Shown here in pieces: positions 54,333 through 64,000 of a stretch of 64,000 bases of DNA. The translations under genes and the position numbers were made by a program. Positions within the stretch are counted from its first letter, which is position 1, and every line of letters starts with the position of its first letter. This stretch comes from the human T2T-CHM13v2.0 reference genome, Homo sapiens: assembly GCA_009914755.4 (NCBI GenBank), contig CP068257.2, positions 41,856,001-41,920,000 of the forward strand. The letters are read 5' to 3'. A model generated the notes under the pieces. It had not been told where the DNA came from, did no database searches, and saw only the letters and a program-made list of their open reading frames with translations.

Positions 54333-56165
54333 TCAAGATGGCTGACTAGACAGATCTGGTGCTCACCTCTTCCACAGAGAAGAACCAAAATAGCAAGTAA
54401 TCACACTTCAAATAGATAACCTAAGAGAGAACTTTGGAATTCAACAAAGAAACATTCAGAAACACCAAAAGCAAGGAAGGAAAGAAAACCAAGGCAGCTT
54501 GCTAGGCTGGGATCAACTGGGAGTCAGCAGTGGCTCCCTAATTGGGGGAAAGGGTAAGTGAAAGACCCTTCCCAGCAGTTCACATTGCTGCTGTGGACTT
54601 CTACAATCCACAGCCCTGGGAGAGTCCTTCAATTCTAGAGGACCCCAAGACTACTGCGGAGAGCTGCCTGAAGACTGTACAAAGGCACTGCTCCACAGAG
54701 AGCCCACGCTGGGTGCCACAACCCCCCAAATCCTAAGCTGCTGTGGCATGGCACCACTTGGAGAGTACAACCCCCAATGAACTGCAGCCTGCCCCGCCAC
54801 CAGGGTGGAGGTGGGAGCCACAGGGAGTGATCCCCCACACCATCCCTGCAGATGGGTAGCCATGTATTTTCATGAGCTCCAAGGTCAAAGTCGACTACCT
54901 GCAACTGCTACCACTATGAGCTGCTGCAGGCCTGAGGTGAGGTGCAATCAAAGCCCATGCCCCCTAGGTGCCTGACTACAGCTGCTCCCAGGGAAAGAAA
55001 CCCTGCCCTCCCCAGTAGCAGGGACACAATGAAACTCTGGCCACCCCTACCTGAGCATTCCACGGGAGGCCTAGGAATCACCTCGATGCTACTTACCACA
55101 GCCAATAACTACACTCCCCACCAAGGGACCTGAGGGCAGGTCCAGCCAGCCTGCCTCCACCATCCCTCCCTAGAACCAGATCACACTGTCCAGGGGCCTG
55201 GGGATCACCAGTAGCATCTCAGCAGAGTCTCCCAGAGTGGGTCAGGCCCACTCAGCTTGCTGCTACCACCACCGCTGCGACCCACCCATATGTGCCACCT
55301 GCAGGTCCAAGGACCAGCCCACCCAACCTGTCACAGCCGTCACAAACATCAGCACTTTGGAAAACAGCCCAGCATAAGCTACCAGAGATGAAGACCCCAA
55401 AGGGCTGTCCCACCACTGCTGTTGCCATCACCCACACCACAACTGCTGTTGCCATCAACCACACCACACCTGCTGCTCAGGGGCTCAGGAACCCACCCAC
55501 CCACCCAACCCACCACTGCCATTCCTAGTACCCAAAGAAGCCACCTGGAGGCCCAAGAACTGGCCTGCCTGGACCTACTAACACTGGTGCCAGTGTACAC
55601 CACCCTGGGGCCTGAGGACAGGCATGCTCAGTCCACCACTGCCACCACTGGGGCCAAAAGACTGGCCTACCTGGCACCCAGGTCAACAGCAAAATTTCAC
55701 CACAGCCTCCACTAACAACCATACCCTAAGCCATTAAGAAAATCATAGATATCATTAATGCTGTTTACAGCCAAAGAAATCATACAGAGACTACACTACT
55801 GCACACACCCAGATTCAAAACCAAAGTGCCCTACCTACCAATACCACAGATACATCTTCGGGAAAATGTCCTCTCCTACGAAAGTAAATTCAAAAAACTT
55901 AGAAGAAATGACCATTATACCACAGAGATACTAATGCAAGGGTACAGGAAACATGAAAAAGCAAGAAAATATGACATCTCCTAAAGAAAACAATTCTCCA
56001 GCAACAGATTCCAATCAAAAAGAAATTTATGGAATACCAGGAAAATAATTCAAAATATTGATAGTAAGGAAGTTCAATAGCATACAGGAGAATGCTGAAA
56101 AATACAAAGGAATTTAAAAAGCAATTCAGGATAAGAATGAGAAATTTGATCCAAGAGATGGATAT

Positions 56166-56548
56166 TGTATTGGTCCTTTCTCACGCTGCTAATAAAGACA
56201 TACCCAAGACTGGGTGATTTATAAAGGAAAGAGGTTTAACTGAAAGAGGTTTAATTGACTCATAGTTCAGCATGGCTGAGGAGGCCTCAAGAAACTTACA
56301 ATCATGGCAGAAGGTGAAGCAAACACATTCTTCTTCACACAGAGGCAGGAAGAAGTGCTCAGCAAAGGGGGAAAAGCCCCTCATAAAAACATCAGATCTT
56401 GTGAGGACTCACTCACTATCACGAGAACAGCATGGGGGTCACTGCCCCCACGATTCAATTACCTCCCACCAGGTCCCGCCCAAGACATGTAAGGATTATG
56501 GGAACTACAATTGAAGATGAGATTTGGGTGCAGACATAGCCGAACCTT
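56166..56548 (-). mobile_element. THE1-type (MaLR) solitary LTR nested inside L1 ORF1 region, antisense
   Basis: tgtattggtcctttctcacgctgctaataaagacatacccaagactgggtgatttataaaggaaagaggtttaa ... cttacaatcatggcagaaggtgaagcaaacacattcttcttcacac ... actatcacgagaacagcatgggggtcactgcccccacgattcaattacctcccaccaggtcccgcccaagacatgtaaggattatgggaactacaattgaagatgagatttgggtg = reverse complement of the THE1 consensus. Confidence 0.9.
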
Positions 56549-59028
56549 ACCAGGTATCATAAAGAAGAGCCAAACAGAAATTCTGTAACTGAAAAATTCA
56601 TTGAATGAAATACAAAACAAATTCAAAAGCTTCAATAATAACTAGAGAAGCCAAAGGAAAAAAATCTCAAAACTTGAAGGCAGACCATTTGAAATAACCC
56701 AGAGAGACAAAGATTAAAAAAAAAAAAAAAAAGAATTAAAAAGAATCAGCAAAGGCTTTGTAACATATAGGACATCATAAATCAAATATTCAAATTTTTG
56801 GTGTCCCAGAAGGTAAAGAAAAAGCAAACAGAAACTTATTTAACAATAGATGAAAACTTCCCAAGTCTAGAAAGAGATTTAGACATCTAGATACAAGAGT
56901 CTCAATGATCCCCAAATAGATAAAATTCAAAAAGATCCTCTCCACAGTACATTACAGTCAAACTGTCAAAAGTCAAATACAAAGAGAAAAATTTAGAAAC
57001 AGCAAAAGAAAAGCATCTAGTCACCCACAAAGGAACCCTCATCAGACTAACGGATTTCTCAGCAGAAACCTTACAAGCCAGGAGAGAATGTGATGATACA
57101 TTCAAAGTGCTGAAAGAGAAAAAAAACTGCCATTCAAGGATACTATTTGCAGCAAAAGTATCCTTTATAAATAAAGGACAGATGAAGTATTTCTTGGACA
57201 AGCAAAAGCTGAGGGAATTCATCACCACTAGACCAGTCCTGTAAAAAATGCTTAAGGAAGTCCTACACCCAGAAGTGAAAGAACAGTAACTATAATCATG
57301 AAAACATATGAAAATATAAAAACCACTGGTAGAGCAAACACAGAAAAAAAGAAAAAACTTAAATGTTACCACTACAGATCACCACCAAACCACAATAATA
57401 AACAACAAGAGAGAAAGAATGAAACAAAGGATATACAAAACAATCAGAAATCAAGTAATAAAATGACAGAGGTAAACCTCACATATCAATAATAGCCTTG
57501 AATGTAAATGGATTAAATTTTCCACTCAAAAGATACAGACTGGCTCAATGAATTAAAAAAAAAAAAAAAAAAAACATGACCCAACTACATGCTGCCTACA
57601 CAAAATTCATCTCACCTGTAAAGACACATATAGACTAAAATAAAGGGACAAGAAAAGATATCCCATGCAAATGGAAACAAAAAGCAAGCAGGGGTAGCTT
57701 TATTTATGTCAGATAAAACAGATTTTAAGTCAAAAACTGTAAAAAGAGACAAAAGAAGGTCATTATATAATGATAAAAGTATCAATTCAGCAAAAGGATA
57801 TAACAATTCCAAACATATATGCACCCAACGCCAGAGCACCCAACACCAGAGCACTAGATAAAGCAAGTACTATTAGATCTAAAGGGAGAGACAGAATGCA
57901 ATACAATAATAGTTGAAGACTTCAACACCCCACTCTCGGCATTGGATCACTCAGACAAAAAATTAACAAAGAAATATTGGATTGAAACTGCACATTAGAC
58001 CAAATAAGCCTAGCAGACGTTACAGAACTATTTCATACAACAGTTACAGAACACACATTCTTCTCATTAGCACACAGAACATTCTCCAAGATAGACCACA
58101 TGTTAGGACACAAAACAAGCAACAACAAATTTTTAAAAATCAAAATCATTCAAGTATCTTTTCAGGCCACAGTGGAATGTAACTCAAAATCAATAACAAG
58201 AGGAACTTTGGAAACTACGAATGCATGAAAATTAAACAATATGCTCCTGACTGACCACTGAGCCAAGAAAGAAATTAAGGAGGAAATTTTTAAAAAGTCT
58301 TGAAAACAAATGAAAACTGAAAAACATACCAAAACCAAATGGGATACAGCAAAAGCAATGCTAAGATGGAAGTTTATAGTAACAAATGCCTACATCAGAA
58401 AAAGTAGAATGATTTCAAATAAATAATCTAGCAGTGCACCTCGAGGTACTGGAAAAACAAAAACCAACCAAACCCAAAATTAGTAGAAAGAAACAAGTAA
58501 TAAAGATCAGAGAAAAAAAAAACCACAAAGGATCAACGAAATAAAAAGTTGTTTTTTTGACAAGATAAAATTGATAAAGCACTTCCTAGACTAACCAAGA
58601 GAAGACACAAACAAAATCAGAAATTAAAAAGGAGACATTACAACTGATACCATGGAAATACAAAAGATCACCAGAGACTATTATGAACAACTATACACTA
58701 ACTACCTAGAAAACCTAGAGGAAATGGATAAATTCCTACACACATACAATCTACTAGATTGAATCAGGAAGAAATAGAATACCTGAACAGAGCAATAACA
58801 AGAAATGAAATTGAATCAGTAATAAAAAGTCTCCCAGTGAAGTCCAAGACTGGATGGCTTCACTACCAAACTTCTACCAAACTTTCAAAGAATTAACACC
58901 AATTCTCCTAAAACTATTCCAAAAAATTGAAGAGAAAGGGATTCTCCCTAAATCACTCTATGAAGTCAGCATTATCCTGATAGTAAAACCAGACACGGAT
59001 GCAACAAAAAAAGAAAAGTATATGCTAG

Positions 59029-59348
<320 letters not shown>

Positions 59349-62129
59349 TTATAGGCTAACATTCCTAATGAATATAGACTTAGAAATTCTCAGCAAAATA
59401 CTAGCAAACTAAATCCAACGGCACATCAGAAAAATAACACATCATTATCAAATGGAACTTAACTTATCCCAGGGATTCAAGGATGGTTCAACATATGCAA
59501 ATCAATAAACATGATACATTACATCAACAGAACAAACGACAAAACCATATGATCATTCAACAGATGCTAAAAAAGCATTTGGTAAAATTCAACATCCTTT
59601 TATGATAAAAACCTTAAAAAAACTAAGGATAGAAGGAATATACCTCAACAAAATAAAGGCCACGTGTGACAAATCCACAGCTAACATCATACTAAATGAG
59701 AAATGCTGAAATCCTTTCAGCCAAGAACTGCAACAAGACAAGATGCCCACTTTCACCACTCCTATCCAACATAGTACTGGAAGACCTAGCCAGAGCAATC
59801 AGACAAGATAAATAAATAAAAGGCAGCAAAATTGGAAAAGAAGAAGTCAAACTGTCCTTCTTTGCTAAAGATATGATCTTCTACCTAGAAAAATCTAGAG
59901 TCCACCAAAAAACTGTTAGAACTGATAAATCCAGTGAAGCTGCAGGATACAAAATCAATATACAAAAATCAACAGTGTTTCTATACACCAACAATGAACA
60001 AGCTGAGAAAGAAATAAAGAATGAAGTCGCATTTACAACAGCTACCAAAAAATTAAAATACCTAGGAATAAATTTATCCTAGGAGGCGAAAGATCTCTAC
60101 AAGGAAAATGACAAAACACAGAAGAAAGAAATTAAACAGGACATAAACAAAAAGACATCCCATGTTCAAAGACTGGAAGAATTAATAGCCTCAAAATAAT
60201 CATACTGCCCAAAGCCATCTACAGATTCAACGCAATCTCTATCAAAATACCAATGTCATTTTTCACAGAAATTGAAAAAAAATCTTAAAATTTGCATGGA
60301 ACCAAAAGAATCCAAATAGCCAATGCAATTGTGAGCAAAAAAAAAGAAAAAAGAAAAGAAAAAGAAAAAAGCAAGAGGCATCATATTACCTGACTTCAAA
60401 ACAGATTACAAAGCTTTAGTAACCGAAACAGCATGGTACTGGTATAAAAACAGACACACACACCAATGGAACAGAATCCAGAATCTAGAAATAAATCCAC
60501 GTATTTACAACAGAGGTGCAAGAATATACCTTGGGGGAAGGACAGTCTCTTTGATAAATGGTGCTGGGAAAATTGGATATCCATATGCAGAAGAATGAAA
60601 TTCGATCCCTATCTCTCACCAAATATTTAAAAAGCAACTCAAGATGGATTGAAGCTTAAATGTTAGACCCAAAACTAAAAACTACTAGAAGAAAATATAG
60701 GGAATACACTTCAGGACATTTGGTACAGGCAAATATTTTATAGCTAAGACCTTGAAAGCACAGACAACAAACAAAAATAGACAAATGAGACTATATTGAA
60801 CTAAAAACCTTCTGCACAGCAAAAGAAACAACAGAATGAAGAGACAATGTGCTGAATGGGAGAAACTATTTGCAAACTATTCCTCTGACAAGGGGATCTA
60901 TCTAAAAGGAACTCAAACAACTCAAATAAAAGAACAAATAATCCCATTAAAAAGTGAGCAAAAGATTTGAACAGATATTCCTCAAAATAAGCCATACAAA
61001 TGGTCAATAAGTATACAAAAAAAAACCACTAATCATCAGGGAAATGCAAACTGAAATCACAATGAGATATCATCTTACCCAGTTAGAATGGCTATCACTA
61101 AAAAGACAAAAAACAGATGCTGGCGAGGATGTGGAGAAAAGGGAACTTTTACACATTGTTGATAGGCATGTAAATTAGAATAGCCACTACAGAAAACAGT
61201 ATGGAGATTTCTCAAGAAACTAGAAATAGAACTACCACGTGATCTAGCAATTCCACTTCTGGATATTTATCCAAAGGAAAAGTAATCAATATATCAAAGG
61301 GATACCCCCATGTTTATTGCAGCACTGTTCCTAATAGACAAGAGACAAAATCAACCTACAAATGTCTGTCAACAGGTGAATGGATAAAGAAAATGTGGTA
61401 TATATACACAGTGGAATACTGTTCAGGCTTAGAAAAGAATGAAATTATGTCATTTGCAGCAACATGGATAGAACTGCAGGTCATTAAGCGAAATAAGCCA
61501 GACACAGAAAGACAAATTTTGCATGTTCTCACTCATATGTGGAAACTAAAAAGTGGATCTCATGAAGGTTGAGAGTAGAGTGACTGATAGCAGAGGCTGG
61601 GAAGGGTCTGTGGGTTGAAGTGGGGATGAGAGAGGTTGGTCAATACAAACACAGTCAGATAGAAGGTGTAAGTACTAATGTTTGAGAGTAGAGTAGGGTG
61701 ATGATAGTTAACAACAATGTATACTGTATTTCAAAGTAGCTAGAAGTATGTGAAATGTTCTCAATACATATAAATAATACTCAAGGTGATGGATACTCCA
61801 AATACCCTGACTTGATCAGCCTGATCAGTATATATTCTATGTGTGCAATAAAATATCACATATCACCCCATAAATATATAAAATATTATATATAAAAAAG
61901 CCTGAGAACAGAATGAAGGGAAGAATAAAGGAAGAGAAGGATGATGGAAGGGGAGGACAGAGAGAAGAAAAGAGAAAGAAAAAGAAACATTTGCCAAAGT
62001 CCTTCCCATATCTCCTGGTCAACTGAACTCGTGTTCTCCCAGACCCATGAACTCGGCAATAGGGTTCAGCAACTTCTGCCTACCCACCCTAACCCTTACT
62101 GACACATCCACTCCGATTCCTGGCTCTAC

Positions 62130-62290
62130 CAGGATCCTCATGGCCTGGGCTCACATCCTGCTCTGCCACTTGCTCCCTGGGTGAATCAGCACTGACCTGG
62201 CAGGGCTGGCAAGTTAATGCATGGAAAGTGCTCACAATAGGGCTCAACACAGAGGAAGCACTGAGAACTGCTCACGATCACCACCATCAC
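62130..62290 (+). mobile_element. MIR-like SINE fragment
   Basis: ggctcacatcctgctctgccacttgctccctgggtgaatcagcactgacctggcagggctggcaagttaatgcatggaaagtgctcacaatagggctcaacacagagg resembles the MIR core ...ctctgccacttactagctgtgtgaccttgggcaagttacttaacctctctg...gcgcttagcacagtgcctggcaca... Confidence 0.35.
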
Positions 62291-63214
62291 CTCATCAAGT
62301 ACTTTGTACTGTCTGAATCTAGTTCATTTAAGTCTTGCCTTCTCGGCAAATTTCAAGTTCTGTCACACAGTATGCAAGGTGGTAACCCTCACAGATCCAA
62401 ACCAGTGCTGTGTACACTCCCAGCTGACATTGCACCTGAACACATACCACTGTGGTGAGCAGGGTTGGCTGGACCCATTGAGATGTGCCTGCATCACAGT
62501 GAGGCCTAATGCACGTGAAATGCCTGGAGTTTCCCAGTCAAGTAGGAGTTGCTGTCCATACCCTGCATCAGGGACTATGTTCATGGGGTGTGCCAGCCCA
62601 GGCTGTCTGTCAATGCGTGCTCCCACACTGTCTAGTAGACTAAGATCTGATATCAGGTAAATTCTAAAAATAAATAATGCCAAACATATCTTCGAAATAA
62701 GCTACATGTCATCTGCCGCAGCACACTCAGCCAAGCAATAAAATCTACTTGGTTTTCCTCTGCTCTTTGCAGATCCTTTTCCTTTAAGCTAAAGAAATAG
62801 GTGCCTTGAGCATCAAACTGTAATTTTAAAATATCCTGAAAGCCACAGATGTTCTCAACTACAATCTAAGTAGTCATTCAAATCATGCCTTGTACACTGC
62901 TATTTGTTCCAAGTGACCAGCGAGCATTTTTAAAAATCTCTTATTTCTGTCAAGTTCTTCATAAATCTTTTTGGCCTTTCATGGTGTTGTTTCTTCTGAC
63001 GGCAGCTGCCCTTGCCCTACACCGACATCTGATCATTTCTCTCAGATGATTACAGTACCCACCAGCTCTTACATATAAATGTCAATGTGTGTTACTCTGG
63101 AAACAACATGAAGGACATCTCTACAATTACTTCTCTGCAGTAAAGAAGAAAAAATTAAATGGGCCAAGAAAAACATCCCATTGAATTTTTTAAAACTAGT
63201 TTTATAAACCAACT

Positions 63215-63571
63215 GTATTAGTCCATTTTCACGTTGCTGATAAAGACATATCTAAGACTGGGAAGAAAAAGAGGTTTAATGGACTTACAGTTTCACATGG
63301 CTAGGGAGGCCTCACAATCATGGTGGAAGGTAAGGAGGAACAAGTCACATCTTACATGGATGGCGGCAGGCAAAGAGAGAGCTTGTGCATGGAAGTTTCC
63401 ATTTTTAAAACCATCAGATCTCATAAGACTTATTCACTATCACGAGAACAGCACAGGAAAGATTCACCCCCATGATTCAATTATCTCCCACCAGGTCCCT
63501 CCCAGAACACATGGGAACTGTGGGAACTACAAGATGAGATTTGAGTGGGGACACAGAGCCAAACCATATCA
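63215..63571 (-). mobile_element. THE1-type (MaLR) LTR, antisense
   Basis: tgtattagtccattttcacgttgctgataaagacatatctaagactgggaagaaaaagaggtttaatggacttacagtttcacatggctagggaggcctcacaatcatggtggaaggtaaggaggaacaagtcacatcttacatggatggcggcaggcaaagagagagcttgtgcatgg ... ctatcacgagaacagcacaggaaagattcacccccatgattcaattatctcccaccaggtccctcccagaacacatgggaactgtgggaactacaagatgagatttgagtggggacacagagccaaaccatatca. Confidence 0.9.
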
Positions 63572-64000
63572 TTCAGCCCCTGGCCCCTCCCAAATCTCAT
63601 GTCTTCACATTTCAAAACCAATAATACCTTCCCAACAGTCCCCTAAAGTCTTAACTCATTCAGCATTAACTCAAAAGTCACAATCCAAACTCTCATCTGA
63701 GACAAGGCAAGTCCCTTCTGCCTATGAGCCTATAAAATCAAAAGTAAGGTAGTTACTTCCTAGATACAATGGGGATACAGGAATTGGGTAAATATAGCCA
63801 TTCTGAATGGGAGAAATTGGCCAAAACAGAGGGGCTACAGGCCCCATGCGAGTCCAAAATCCAGCAGGGCAGTCAAATCTTAAAGTTCCAAAACAATCTC
63901 CTTTGATTCCATGTCTCACATCCAGGTCACGCTGATGTAAGAGGTGGGCTCCCATGGCCTTGGGTAGCTCCACCCCTGTGGCTTTGCAAGGTATAGCCCC
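63572..64000 (-). mobile_element. MaLR (THE1-type) internal sequence contiguous with the LTR, antisense; extends beyond window end
   Basis: ttcagcccctggcccctcccaaatctcatgtcttcacatttcaaaaccaataataccttcccaacagtcccctaaagtcttaactcattcagcattaactcaaaagtcacaatccaaactctcatctgagacaaggcaagtcccttctgcc ... cagcagggcagtcaaatcttaaagttccaaaacaatctcctttgattccatgtctcacatccaggtcacgctgatgtaagaggtgggctcccatggccttggg. Confidence 0.6.

Noticed and set aside
56902-57372. 156-aa minus-strand ORF
   Set aside because: Antisense to degenerate L1-B ORF1/ORF2 sequence. A-rich L1 sense strand gives a T-rich antisense strand, which encodes Phe/Leu/Ser-rich pseudo-peptides. No biological support.

Overview
This window is not prokaryotic. 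It is primate, almost certainly human, nuclear genomic DNA. The evidence, read directly from the sequence: about 19 Alu SINEs (many with poly-A tails and visible target-site duplications), two near-full-length old L1 LINEs with long 5'UTR, ORF1 and ORF2 remnants, several older L1 fragments, THE1/MST-type (MaLR) LTRs, Tigger-like and hAT-like DNA-transposon relics, MIR fragments, microsatellites and a 32-33 bp minisatellite. The window has two compositional halves. Roughly 1-17.5 kb is GC-rich, CpG-containing and Alu-poor. Roughly 17.5-64 kb is AT-rich and, by my estimate, more than half interspersed repeat. The supplied six-frame ORF track is therefore almost entirely noise: translations of Alu (the ...[13 protein letters not shown]... 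motifs), L1, simple repeats, or stop-poor GC-rich DNA. I can support two gene-related features. One is an RPL31 processed pseudogene (50,741-51,199, plus strand). The other is a candidate 3'-terminal coding exon on the minus strand (29,304-29,512), with a canonical polypyrimidine/AG acceptor and an in-frame stop; its source gene is unidentified. I see no CRISPR array, no operon and no defence island, so the hinted novel system is not supported here. The most unusual structure is five same-orientation copies of a single 0.6-0.9 kb LTR-like repeat family packed into 21 kb (18.2-39.3 kb). All coordinates are read by eye against the line numbering and may be off by a few bases. Repeat family names are from memory and need a RepeatMasker/Dfam run to confirm.
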